From IMG/VR virus record IMGVR_UViG_3300044646_001050, positions 1 through 29,200 of that record: a DNA stretch of 29,200 nt. The stretch is one strand, 5' to 3'. The DNA comes from a virus. Taxonomy: Duplodnaviria > Caudoviricetes. This document shows, one piece after another, positions 13,301 through 20,445 of this stretch. The position numbers were made by a program, and so were the translations under genes. Under the pieces are notes generated by a model, which was not told the DNA's origin, searched no databases, and saw only the letters and a program-made list of their open reading frames with translations. The first letter of the stretch is position 1. Each line of letters opens with the position of its first letter.

Positions 13301-14962
13301 TAATGGTGGTTGATTTAATGATGTTTTTTGCTGTGTTTTAACCCAATTATCACCATTGAACCAATACATTTCCCCTTGATTTTTAACACCTGAATGAATT
13401 AAAACCACTTGATCAATAGTCGGTGTGCTAACTTCAACCAAATGAATAATTTTTGATAAGGATACACCATTCAATGATAGATGTTCAAAATCTAAAATTT
13501 CTACTTCATATATTTTATTTTTAACTAATGGATCTGTATCAGCTGCTGCTAGAATTCTATGACCAGCTAGTAAATCCACACCATCAATGTTATACCCATG
13601 TGATCCTTCAATTGTTGAAAATATATCAGTTGTATATGTATCTATAAGATCAACATCATTAATAGCAGTTGTTCCAAAATTAAATAATCTTATATCAGCT
13701 TCAAATTCAATAATTGCACGGTTTGCTCTTGCTGATTGATCTAAGTCAGCTATTTTATTATTGAATCTAGCACTCGATTCTATAGTATCTTTATGGAACC
13801 ATCTATTATATCTAGACCAAGGATTATGATCTCTACTAGCTCTATTAATAACAATGTAATCTGGCTGCCCTGCATATGATAATGCATCATTGAATGGCAA
13901 TTTATCAAAAGGTGTTGTATCAAATTCAACATTAACTGATGATGTATAAGAACTTGTCATCTCTAATACAGATTCATTAACCAATCTTATCGAAGACCCA
14001 ATACCTTCAACATAATATTTTCCAGTAGAATATTCAGAAGGTTCTACATTTCCACCAAATGTAACTTTCATGCCATTACTTAACGGTGTCCCGTCTGGTA
14101 ATTTGTATGTTTTTTTACCTAATATCTCAGTTTCTACATTGATATATGAATTTTCTTCAATCGATAAAATGTGAATTACTCCACCTAAATCAGTATCATT
14201 TTCACTTTGATAATATAATACAGATGGTGCATCATGCGGAACTGTAAAAGTTATAGTACCAGTTTCTATAGTATTATTTTTCAACCCTATATTAGTATAT
14301 CTATTACTAGAACCAGAACTTCTATGTGTTTTGAAACTAAATGGATTTCCAGGACTTGTTATTTCAAAATTGTATGTTTGTCCTTTGAATAAAGTAAGTA
14401 CTGGATTTCTATCCAATCCATTTGGGGTGAATATATATGTATTATTGTCGCCTTCAGATTCTATGTTTACAGTGTAAGTACTTTCTATAGCATGTTTCTG
14501 CCCATATATTCTAACTACATCTGGTCCATATGGTAACCAATAATAATTTTGAAAGTTCGATATTTTATCCCAATCAATATGTGGATCCCAACTGTAAAAT
14601 TCTTCTTTATTAATTCTAGAATGGTTTGATACATCACTACCAAATACGTCTAATTGATTGATATAATCAATATAATCTTTAAACAAGGTAGTGTTGTTCA
14701 ACGTATCTTTAATAACTAATCCAGGCTCTAATTGATAATTTTGTCGAACTGTATCAGTAGCAGAAACAAATATATCTTCCCCAGAAGTTGCTTTAGCATT
14801 TCTACGACCAATATAACCATTTACTTTTTTAACAGTGCCAGGTTTAATTAATTGATCCATTGTAGCTTGTAAAAACTTTTTATTAAAATCAGTTGCATAG
14901 ATTCTTGGTAAAAAGGTTGAAGAAATGTTATTACTGGCGTTTGGTTTTGTGCTATCAGCCAT
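1388..14962 (-). CDS. Giant (4524 aa) multidomain baseplate wedge / adhesin protein, gp7-like position
   Basis: Uninterrupted ORF coupled (TAATG) to the gp6-like gene. Contains a gp7/P2-gpI-like core motif (FYQGMILEKGTQNVLNKLF), four CBM5/12-like W..Y..G.IV.Y..Y modules, seven FG-GAP-like blades, GxGY-type virion repeats and repeated GDG..K.F / VNG....DY beta modules. Confidence 0.75.
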   Translation of the reverse strand: MADSTKPNASNNISSTFLPRIYATDFNKKFLQATMDQLIKPGTVKKVNGYIGRRNAKATSGEDIFVSATDTVRQNYQLEPGLVIKDTLNNTTLFKDYIDYINQLDVFGSDVSNHSRINKEEFYSWDPHIDWDKISNFQNYYWLPYGPDVVRIYGQKHAIESTYTVNIESEGDNNTYIFTPNGLDRNPVLTLFKGQTYNFEITSPGNPFSFKTHRSSGSSNRYTNIGLKNNTIETGTITFTVPHDAPSVLYYQSENDTDLGGVIHILSIEENSYINVETEILGKKTYKLPDGTPLSNGMKVTFGGNVEPSEYSTGKYYVEGIGSSIRLVNESVLEMTSSYTSSVNVEFDTTPFDKLPFNDALSYAGQPDYIVINRASRDHNPWSRYNRWFHKDTIESSARFNNKIADLDQSARANRAIIEFEADIRLFNFGTTAINDVDLIDTYTTDIFSTIEGSHGYNIDGVDLLAGHRILAAADTDPLVKNKIYEVEILDFEHLSLNGVSLSKIIHLVEVSTPTIDQVVLIHSGVKNQGEMYWFNGDNWVKTQQKTSLNQPPLFDVVDDTGVSYSDINTFTGSTFSGTKLFSYKIGSGPADSVLGFPLSYKNINNIGDIVFNFNLISDTFIYKELSTVINKKINVGYLSKMDYAGNTEYVNGWQKNTIDNTQAAIRIYKSTTQLNDFQIDIFDNINELDDLTIKVYVNGTRLDNSKWQIIDGPTYKVVQLDTDVMPTDILTIRAFAAQGINGNGYYEIPLNLQNNPMNDEMTDFTLGEVIDHVNSIVDNLSNFSGDFPGTSNLRDLGNISQYGTRFIQHSGPASLSLYHITTETNNIIRSIEKSRDDYGNFKRNFIKIAERTGVDIDVITHIDLILDKINKDKPNTFPYYFSDMVPYGASIKTTIQVVDYRIKLYPLTTVFTTETLSNKAVIIYVNNEQLLHSRDYYFDGQGFVVITSKLINDDIITIYEYENTDGCFVPETPTKLGLFPKYQPMIYLDTSFITPRWMIQGHDGSQVLAYGTYDANGTPDYRDALLLELEKRIYNNIKVQYDITIFDLNDTIPGYNRKTDYSLSEFNTVLAPNFYKWTSLIDRDFSKPLSFDRSNSFTYNYSGHSAPDGSNVPGYWRGVYKWILDTDRPHLCPWEMLGFTEEPYWWTDVYGPAPYTSNNFVLWDDISNGYVKEPGKPTIRLEKYAKPFITNHIPVDEYGALVSPIMSDLANGIITESIGGDFVFGDSSPIESAWRRSSYYSFGILITVLLLNPNKSIGVLLDRSRIIRNKTGQLVYKDTGLRIKPSDIVLPSIQSSNTREQTAGIINYLVNYILSDNLKSYTQYQYDLTNISARISHRLGSFTSKEKFNLLLDSKTPLSTGSVFVPQENYDIILNSSNPIKKITYSGVIVTKMADGFEVKGYSKTTPYFKYYAWQQSGITINVGGISESYLQWTSNQQYSAGKIVNYNGKYYRVKSLHTTGTTFDQSYYQVLAELPIIGGKDAILRKRWDRESALIIPYNTKFRTTQEVVDFLQGYGEYLKDQGFIFDDFNTNIASVTNWETSAKEFLFWTTQNWSTGQDKWDEWDADVLVSYGSIVRYNGDYYRAIRNSQSSIFNEHDFAKLDGLSSIGSSVISLSPAAEKLTFSSPLSVVDDITNSFNGYEIYRVDGQAIPYNFLNSYREDNAVSYTPQGDDGIYGATFYLVQKEQVVILDNSTMFNDTIYNPESGYKQDRIKVSGYLSIGWYGAFDVPGFIFDQAKIQDWEAWKDYALGDIVKYKEFYYSSSKFINGTNEFNHTLWIKLDKKPEAALLPNWNYKASQFEDFYSLDSDNFDITQQKMAQHLIGYQKRQYLENIIQDDVSEFKFYQGMILEKGTQNVLNKLFDVLSADNQESLKFNEEWAVRVGQYGASNSYENIEFILDESLFKNNPQGIELVNKIDTTSVDFIIRQSQNDVYLKPVGYNSNPWPMLTSKKPFLRTSGYVREDEVLVSLKSIDDILTQDITNFSNGDYVWCSFDINGWNVYRYTDANIVINDITYSNNKLTITADSLISLPIGSYIGIRENIKVDGTYITTGISGFYKISDVKLNVLTIDVIGLQIDLPYENNKNTIIYSFISQRVDSIDNIDLKLPKVLKENELLWTDDNGTGMWSTWEYSQVYTRTTHLYRNPSNNLKYGKVISINSDARLLATTLETGEVITYDRGSSTGPWVQRQIIETPFITPDVDHVNPNDVSNIANVIAMSIDNRWMATGSPNTSNGSYQTNGFINAIDEQLNASSIVNHGVISLYEKDINNIYTLVATILSPNPTQNEKFGSSLFFGINCLYVGAEYGNGTVYKLEYSNTEWVSAYYDEIGSKGTTIKLSTVSGILPGMKVTGIGFTKSQTVVSVDSVNKTILLNLEPDSTPTGIIKFITTEWKYNTSKTKHGTNTNSGYGNKIVGTVDGSTLLISAPGNIDLPGKVFVYENDVLAQTIGGTNAYFGKDITISSSGEYISISDILFDGDKNNEGKVIVYKNNGIEYELYQSLINNNIEVSGYFGTKLLFTNDYKTLLVYSKNADTQVKCNFIDDTTFDDKTTIFIDENNLDSGRIDVYNNYGSKWVFSESLEMTDSEVDGYGTVLTASNNNILVSSPYAFSNNIKAGVIYEYKKQPNVYSWKIKHSEILIPDVKKIKQAFLYNKSTNELIKYLDIIDPLNGKIAGIAESEIKYKVFYDPAIYTVGTSTVNVDDGMAWTTKNIGTLWWDLRTSKFIDSNDNDVVYRNSTWSTLATGASVDIYEWVESKYLPSDWDLQADTEVGLTIGMSGKSLYGDAAYSIKRKYDNVSKTFKNTYYYWVKNKKTTPNTTGRYISAQDISSLISNPRGEGYQYLALTGSNSFSLVNVKSLLNDKNVVLSVEYWLVENSENNIHSQWKMLSTDVNSTIPSQLEKKWIDSLCGKDEQERVIPDTTLPLKLRYGVEFRPNQSMFINRYEALKQYVEQTNLILKSRLITETRDISNLESYETEPHIIRGLYDDIVDTDAELRFANINSYSRPVIEPQIIDGRITGITIKSSGRGYINPPFIEVVGSGVNAVIKAKLNGYGQIDGVTIINSGYGYNDSTILVVRDYSVLVHSDSQSSGVWSIYSYDPTTLLWSRVRSQTYDTRKYWNYVDWYDNGYNQFSAIQYSVDTYSDLNSIEVNIGELVKVRYTNLGTWVVLKKYADSQSIDWTSSYQLIASQDGTIQLSSSLYEFSHTIVGYDNLLYDGGIFDNSASTELRVILNSIKNDIFIDDLKTEYLNLFFTCVRYVLSEQSYVDWIFKTSFIKAKHNLGELHQSVTYKNDNLTNFEEYVSEVKPYRTKVREYISAYNKTELNQLSVTDFDIPPIYDNGNIGMIETTVTDGIINIDDSHIQSYPWKHWLDNVGFNVLSITVVNGGSGYISEPVVRINGNSKIAATAKAFIANGKVTRVILMTTGSGYLSAPIIQLDGGLSPTGTTATAVAIIGDGVIRSNLVKIKFDRITQSYYITKLQEIETFSGTGSRLIFPLKWAPDVRVGTSTVTINGIDALRDDYKLKIVKTVVNGHTNYVGSLTFLTAPSNNAIVSITYIKDWSLLNAADRIQYYYNPGDGELGKDLSQLMTGIDYGGVIVSGLGFEVSRGWDSSPYYSDKWDTMDSTFDDYIVYVAADTREFNLPYVPETGVVITVYHKPADSTDDPLRIDDQYYNTVDQTNSNAVMSSFIGDGIHKTITIPDSVDVNENDEFIFRKITSDGSIKPLEADYDTALSGGDLVYSTARGLAADDIIIDGDGFITPTSSPAPEEVIPGQVVDTVAIKVFDMQSNGSANINIDNYYADGIVKTFPITHGSTNNKSIIVKVSTNNQSVIKSIGVDYSIDGITNAIVFGQAPVADSLISIFEIGYSGNNLLDIGHDIGDGNTKEFLTCAPWLQPVSSLVNINGVSGSYTLINQDGFIAIKFDEAPEVYSNIDYIISNGVNQSFSFSKIEKIPADGRASALPYSLMTTYGDSLPLEAKMIVRVDQAILKAPNNSYFTIKSNKLNYTVNKINKQPYKDDVYTINVYAGGKLLTIGADYSIDLSGITVKITKDSYTKYNGEQLVISLISDQGYSYVPATSSEPAKIYFKEIYNSSNTVEIINSYQHANLDIQRSDLNLDITLVSEEPEYYIYNNILGGIITLDRPVINDNYVWVVKNGILLIPSVDFKLNENKSSIEVVNGSISTDEFSIITFGSNILLPSIAYMQFKDMLNRTHYKRLSLKKQTTLVNELKWNDTIITVVDGSNFDKPNPTNNKPGIIEIRGERIEYFEITGNILSKLRRGTLGTGTPTIHEVGSFVQDIGASETIPYSEAPITKQIVSTGSKVIELDDIIPTKSLTTWTYDSGYISSIPSTYGQADDIEVFIGGYDDSSMWVSSVNYAIDDIVIIGSYTYRCKEAHMSGLSFHDDILKWDFFIGNIRLKKQPYKVHNVNINQDSPSGDIQFDADFAVDGTSSTIRLTNELSSGTRVTIVKRSGINWDGYNMDLLNQGYRLGNYSSSVYGGSDAISTFLKAEPGIWYSLLK

Positions 14963-17900
14963 TAGTTACTCCCATATGATGAACTTGTTATTGATTGCTG
15001 TGATGATACGGTCGAATCAACCGCCGTTCCACTCACAGATTTAATATTGCTTGTAGTAATCCCAGTTATGATTTCAATATCATCAACAGTTGCGCCGTTG
15101 ATAAAAAGTTGATTACTTAATGATTTAATTTCAAATAAACTTCCAAAATTTAATGTCCCCTGTCTTGGAACGATTACTATAGTTGAAATATTTGGTGATA
15201 ACTTATTCATAACATAAGTCGATAACTCTGAAAAATAAAAAGTATCTCCAAAATCCCAGTTTTCTAATGCAAAAAATTCATTAATGGCACTTATGACTTG
15301 TGATTTGATATCATTATTAGATATAACTTGACCTTGAGTTTTAATAACTTTAAAAGATGCTTGTAAATCTGGAGTTGCTTTACTTCCAAATAATATTCTA
15401 TAGTTAACTGGATGATATACTATTTCATCCGATGTTGCTTTAATTAAATTTAAGTTGGTTGATAATGTATTGTATAACTCAACGGAACTAGGTGGTAATG
15501 GCATATCCACTGATGCACCATTTAACCATTGTCTATATAATATATCATATGATTTGGTCAAGATGTAAACATCCATGATGTTACTAACCCCTGGATCTAT
15601 TCTAGAATCATAATCTGCACTATGAGTATATTGAAACTTTAAATTATCTCGACCAGAATAAACTTTATAATCAAGCGTTGGAGTGAATGTTCCAGCTGGT
15701 AGTTTTAATTGTTTTACTACATCAGTATCTATAAAATAAAAATATTGTCCAGATTGGTATTGAATCAATGAGCCAACATCAGTCTGTGATTGCAAAATTT
15801 TAACCTTGGTGTCTGAATTTGAAACATATCGATAATCTTCTTGACCAATTGATATTGTATATTTTTCTAAAACTATATACTTTGTTAATATATTATTAGA
15901 AGGAGCCACTATATTTAAAAATGATTCAGGATTATCAACTGCACCATTGAAATCAGTATCAGAAAAAGTTACTATAATTTTTTTAGTATCGACATACCCA
16001 TCTAATCCAACATATTCAGATACAATATCCCATTTTATATCGGTAGTAAATGGTTGTGTACTATCAGGTTGATTATTTACCCCAAGTACATTAATTCTAT
16101 CATAAATGATAGAATTAGTTCTACTATCATATATTTTTAAATTACTATCAAAATAAAATCTTAATTGTTTATCACTTTCAAAAATATATCTTGATTCACG
16201 ACTAGTAATTGTGTAGTATTCATTATCAGTTGTGAATAATAATATCCAACTAGAATCCTGTTGAGTATTAGTAACGATACCTTGTTTTAACAATGAAAAA
16301 TTCGAAGATGTATCTAAATTTGTTTCAAATATAACTTTCCACGCTTGTGTTGATGCATCATATCTTAACCCAAATGGCTTATTAGCGAATATTAAATCGA
16401 TCATGGTTGTAACCACTGCAGAATCAAGTGATGTTCTCCATTTTGGAATTATCTGTGTTATAATCGCATTAGTTGGTATAACTCTATTCATAGTAATTGG
16501 GCCTGTTCCATCTGATAATACACCAGTACCATTAGCACGACCATCATCAATTATCGATACAACCTCGGCCCATATTTCAGTTTTTGCACCCAATGGAGTA
16601 GCGACTCCATTAGTCAACTTATTATTATTGGTAGTATCAAAATATTGTCCGGTTGGGGCTGAAAATTTTACTAATGCACCTGGTGTGATATATTTTAATA
16701 AAGTATTTACTGTACTACCAACTGCGTAAATTTCACCATCTAATATGTTACCTATATTACCAGTCGATGAATTGTAATCAGTTGTCACAGAATTCCATAG
16801 TATATTCATACTTGTGGTTACATAATTTATGTAATTTGAATAATAAAAATTTCGGATGCCGTTGTTAGAAATTATATCTAAAACAGTATTATAAATAATA
16901 CCTTCTATATCTGTTCTAGTTGCATATGAAAATCTAGTGGATGATGTATATGCTTCGGTGTATAAAACACCATCATCAGCAAACAAGTTTGTAGTACTAT
17001 ACTTTCCAGTTGGATCAACTAAATCAAAATATCTACTAATACCACTTGATGTTCTATTAACTGACTTAACTTTGAGAACTTGTTGATTTACACTCAATGG
17101 ACTTATATTATAATCTTCACCCGTTATCATTCTATTTTGAGTATAATAGTTTGCTGGAGCATTTGATTTAATACTTGTATTAGTTTCAGATGCATCCGAA
17201 TTGGATACCGAGGTAGCTAAACTAAGTGATAACGACAAAGTTTCAATTTGTCCGGTAACTGAAGTATATGGGATTGCGATTGACACATTTTTTATATCTT
17301 GTGTGTTTATTGTATATGACAATCCATTACTTATTCTATAATAAGTTCTAAATGTACCAAGCGGTAAGTTTCCAAAAGTTCCATCACTAAATGTTAAACT
17401 AACTGAATCACCAACCCGTGTTGTAACACCGTATATATTTCTAATACTTTTTATAATGCTATTATAAATTATATTATTACCCTCAAAACTAGGAACTTGA
17501 GTCCATAATTCCGATTCACTGCCATTAGCGTCCAATCGATATAACCATATATCATTATTATTAATGTTTTGTGAATCAATATCTATAGATTCGTTTGAAC
17601 TAGGCTGAGTTATTGTAAATGTTCCAGTGTTCAATGAACCTTGTGTAAAATTAAAATAAAATCCAGTGCCAGCACTACCATAACCCCTGCCATCGTCTTT
17701 ATATACACAAGCAATTTTATTAGATATTTTTGGAGATTCTTCATATATATAATTCTGACCATTAAATGTTGTACTAGTAATTTCAAAGTTCATAGTACTT
17801 CCAGATATTGATTTAGTAAAAGAATATACTGGAACATCAGCATTAGATGATTCAAATCTATATTGCTCTGTTGGAGTTCCTTGGATTGTAGCTCTATCAG

Positions 17901-18420
17901 ATGGATTACCAAATTGTTGATTTGGAGAGAATGCTGCATTAATAACTTTAAAGAATTGATCATACCAATTAGAATTTGATGGATCATTCCATGTAATTAT
18001 TTGTCCAGATAAGTTTCTTCCATTACTATCGATCACATTCTCAGTGGTTTGAATAGTATTAAATTTTAACAGACCTTGAGCAGGAATATTTCTTTTTGCA
18101 TTATAACTAATCAATCGTGCCAATCTTAAAATGCTATCACGACGTTCCGCTAATTCCAAAAAGTTTTCACGAGCATTCAAATCTACTCTAAATGCAATGC
18201 TTTGACCTAAAAATGCAACTAAATCAATAAGAGCTAGATACTCAGAACTTTCAATGTAATCATTAAAATCTTCTGGGTAATTCTGTCTTATATAATCAAT
18301 CATTACTCTACGTAAATTTTCAAAATCATAACTTTGAAAATCCGCATTTCGATACGATTGATATATCTTCTTCCAATCCTCAGCTAATAAAAGTCTGTTT
18401 TGTCTATCTGTTGAGCTCAT
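14962..18420 (-). CDS. gp6: Baseplate wedge subunit, T4 gp6-like (1152 aa)
   Basis: N-terminal DFENLR...DFNDYIESSEYLALIDLVAF...ENFLELAERRDSILRLARLISYN; internal FSDGTFGNLP...YYR and ETNTSIKSNAPANYYTQNRMITGEDY; C-terminal FFALENWDFGDTFYFSEL. These are gp6/baseplate-J hallmarks. Follows gp25. Confidence 0.9.
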   Translation of the reverse strand: MSSTDRQNRLLLAEDWKKIYQSYRNADFQSYDFENLRRVMIDYIRQNYPEDFNDYIESSEYLALIDLVAFLGQSIAFRVDLNARENFLELAERRDSILRLARLISYNAKRNIPAQGLLKFNTIQTTENVIDSNGRNLSGQIITWNDPSNSNWYDQFFKVINAAFSPNQQFGNPSDRATIQGTPTEQYRFESSNADVPVYSFTKSISGSTMNFEITSTTFNGQNYIYEESPKISNKIACVYKDDGRGYGSAGTGFYFNFTQGSLNTGTFTITQPSSNESIDIDSQNINNNDIWLYRLDANGSESELWTQVPSFEGNNIIYNSIIKSIRNIYGVTTRVGDSVSLTFSDGTFGNLPLGTFRTYYRISNGLSYTINTQDIKNVSIAIPYTSVTGQIETLSLSLSLATSVSNSDASETNTSIKSNAPANYYTQNRMITGEDYNISPLSVNQQVLKVKSVNRTSSGISRYFDLVDPTGKYSTTNLFADDGVLYTEAYTSSTRFSYATRTDIEGIIYNTVLDIISNNGIRNFYYSNYINYVTTSMNILWNSVTTDYNSSTGNIGNILDGEIYAVGSTVNTLLKYITPGALVKFSAPTGQYFDTTNNNKLTNGVATPLGAKTEIWAEVVSIIDDGRANGTGVLSDGTGPITMNRVIPTNAIITQIIPKWRTSLDSAVVTTMIDLIFANKPFGLRYDASTQAWKVIFETNLDTSSNFSLLKQGIVTNTQQDSSWILLFTTDNEYYTITSRESRYIFESDKQLRFYFDSNLKIYDSRTNSIIYDRINVLGVNNQPDSTQPFTTDIKWDIVSEYVGLDGYVDTKKIIVTFSDTDFNGAVDNPESFLNIVAPSNNILTKYIVLEKYTISIGQEDYRYVSNSDTKVKILQSQTDVGSLIQYQSGQYFYFIDTDVVKQLKLPAGTFTPTLDYKVYSGRDNLKFQYTHSADYDSRIDPGVSNIMDVYILTKSYDILYRQWLNGASVDMPLPPSSVELYNTLSTNLNLIKATSDEIVYHPVNYRILFGSKATPDLQASFKVIKTQGQVISNNDIKSQVISAINEFFALENWDFGDTFYFSELSTYVMNKLSPNISTIVIVPRQGTLNFGSLFEIKSLSNQLFINGATVDDIEIITGITTSNIKSVSGTAVDSTVSSQQSITSSSYGSN

Positions 18421-18438
18421 AATTAATCCTAATAATTG

Positions 18439-18446
18439 TATTTATT
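18439..18446 (-). promoter_or_regulatory. Putative late promoter (AATAAATA) for the gp6/giant wedge genes
   Basis: In the 46-nt gap, 18 nt upstream of ATG 18420, followed by SD AGGA. Confidence 0.65.
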
Positions 18447-18466
18447 GAATTAATTAAGTATGTACA

Positions 18467-18910
18467 TTATTGCATTAATAACCCATTTTCTTGGTCAAAT
18501 CTTAACTGCATTGATTGTGTCATATTATAAGGCATATACGTTAATGAACATTGAATTTGAATTCCACTCTCGTATTGTGTAACTATTACATTTTCAGCCC
18601 GTATTCTAGGGTCATAATTAATTATTTCATTAACATTTTGCAATATTAAATTCTTTACATGCTCGGTTAATGGTTCAAATAATAAATCCCATATAATTGT
18701 ACCGAATGTTGGGTTCATCAACCGTTCACCTTGTCTAGTATAAAAATGATTTAATAAATCCTGTTTTATTAATTCAAAATCATACAACTTAAAATTTTCA
18801 GTATTATTGTTTACTGTACTAAATCCCTTATACATCTTTGATGTTAATTGATTAGGTTTATGTACTGCTGGTAATGATATTTTATCATATAATCTAGAAT
18901 TTGAACTCAT
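18467..18910 (-). CDS. gp25: Baseplate wedge / sheath initiator, T4 gp25-like
   Basis: YKGFST...LYDFELIKQDLLNHFYTRQGERLMNPTFGTIIWDLLFEPL...INYDPRI is the GPW_gp25 signature. ATGA overlap with the upstream spike gene. Confidence 0.93.
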   Translation of the reverse strand: MSSNSRLYDKISLPAVHKPNQLTSKMYKGFSTVNNNTENFKLYDFELIKQDLLNHFYTRQGERLMNPTFGTIIWDLLFEPLTEHVKNLILQNVNEIINYDPRIRAENVIVTQYESGIQIQCSLTYMPYNMTQSMQLRFDQENGLLMQ

Positions 18911-20445
18911 TTTTCTGCTCCTTTTACTTTAGCAAATGTATCGGTAGTAGTAGTATATTTTCCATACATAATTGGGGTATCTTTAGGCTTTGCTATAGTA
19001 TTATCTGTTGGTTTAATTACTGCTCCAGTTTTTTCAGGCACAAACATAGTCGGATCTAAATTCTCATGAAATGCCCATGGTTCAGGCTGAGGAACTCGTA
19101 TTGGTACAGGTGCTGCCGTTGCTGCCGTTGCTGCGCTAGGACTTCCACTACTTATAGAAACTGCACCTGTTCCACCAGCTGTTCCTGCTTGAACAGCGCA
19201 TGTTATTTTTCCAGTAATATCAGCTGATACCACTGATCCTGAAAGATTAATAGCACCCTGAATATTTGTTTTAGCTGATTTTAAATTAGCAGTGGATGTT
19301 CCTTCAATAATAACATCGGTCCCAGCTTTAAAATTTAATTGTTTTTCCGCTGTTTCATTAATATTGATTTTAGCAGACATATTGATATTACCATTCATTG
19401 CATTTAAGTTTATATCTCTATTAGCAGTGAAATTAATATCATTTCCAGAATATACACTTATACTATCACCAGCATAGATATCAATCTTTCCATTACTAGT
19501 TAATTCTATCCACGATGTACCACGGGCATTGCCAATATAAATTAAATCTTCTGAATTATGCAATAAAATTTGGTGCCCAGTTCTAGTTCTAAACCTAATT
19601 AATTCATTATGTGGAATTGTGACATCACCGCCAGTTTCTCCCTGTTCAACAGCAACATATTCAGGCCCTGCTTCTTTTGCAGGTTTTTTGCGGAGAAATT
19701 TATCATCTCCATCATCCATAACAATAGTAGAACCACCTAATCTACTAACAAATGCATTTGGTACTTGATGTTCTTTCTTTCCAATAGGTCCACGTTTAGC
19801 ATTAGGTCTTTTATCAATCGGACCTGGCGTACTAATTCCAAAAACCATACTTGGAGCTTCTCTTCTAGCACTACTAGTTGTTATCCCTCTAATATCATCT
19901 TTTATTAATCCTTGTGCTGCTAATACATCAGCCAATGGATGTTTTGGTTTTTTAACCTTTGTTGCATCTACTGTATTATCCGTTATTTTTTTATTATACT
20001 CAGCAACTGGTACTCGTCCAGTCTGGGTTTCTACTACACTTTCTGTTGCAGCAAGCCCTGGAACCATGAAATTCATGCCTTTGTCCATAACGCATCCAAT
20101 CCAATAGCCACGTTTTGGATCACCATCAATGAAAATAACAACAACGGTAGACCCAGGATCTGGTGGGATCATCCACATTCCATAACTTTTTTGTGTATTA
20201 TTATAATCATCCGGATCTGCAGCGGTATATGCTTCACTCGTGACTCCATAAAATGGACTCATATATTGAACTTGGTGTAATTGTCCTTCGGATGCCGTAT
20301 TACCTGCTCCAGCTCTAAGTATTTCTACTTCTAAAATTCCCATATTAGTAGAATCAAGATGGCTTATAACCTTGGCCAGAAATGGGCCTGGTTTTGACTC
20401 ACCCTGACTCGATGACATATGATTATTATCTGATTGATTTGTCAT
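18907..20445 (-). CDS. gp5: Baseplate central spike, gp5/VgrG-like (N-terminal OB fold, C-terminal beta-helix); ~512 aa
   Basis: GPFLAKVISHLD..MGILEV...SYGMWMIPPDPGSTVVVIFIDGDPKRGYWIGC (gp5 OB fold); RTRTGHQILLHNSE...SWIELTSNGKIDIYA and ~8-residue DINF/DINL/NINM beta-helix repeats. Start moved from 20457 to ATG 20445 (TAATG coupling). Confidence 0.85.
   Translation of the reverse strand: MTNQSDNNHMSSSQGESKPGPFLAKVISHLDSTNMGILEVEILRAGAGNTASEGQLHQVQYMSPFYGVTSEAYTAADPDDYNNTQKSYGMWMIPPDPGSTVVVIFIDGDPKRGYWIGCVMDKGMNFMVPGLAATESVVETQTGRVPVAEYNKKITDNTVDATKVKKPKHPLADVLAAQGLIKDDIRGITTSSARREAPSMVFGISTPGPIDKRPNAKRGPIGKKEHQVPNAFVSRLGGSTIVMDDGDDKFLRKKPAKEAGPEYVAVEQGETGGDVTIPHNELIRFRTRTGHQILLHNSEDLIYIGNARGTSWIELTSNGKIDIYAGDSISVYSGNDINFTANRDINLNAMNGNINMSAKININETAEKQLNFKAGTDVIIEGTSTANLKSAKTNIQGAINLSGSVVSADITGKITCAVQAGTAGGTGAVSISSGSPSAATAATAAPVPIRVPQPEPWAFHENLDPTMFVPEKTGAVIKPTDNTIAKPKDTPIMYGKYTTTTDTFAKVKGAEK
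19111..19134. repeat. 9-bp tandem repeat (TGCTGCCGT x ~2.7) encoding AATAATAA in the spike linker
   Basis: tgctgccgt tgctgccgt tgctgc read directly; in frame within an Ala/Gly/Thr-rich linker. Confidence 0.8.

Noticed and set aside
1388-14962. Intein, stop-codon recoding or DGR variable region in the giant ORF
   Set aside because: No intein splice or LAGLIDADG motifs recognised; TAA, TAG and TGA all end genes in this window under code 11; no near-identical repeat pair or reverse transcriptase seen by eye (a dot-plot would be needed to exclude this fully).
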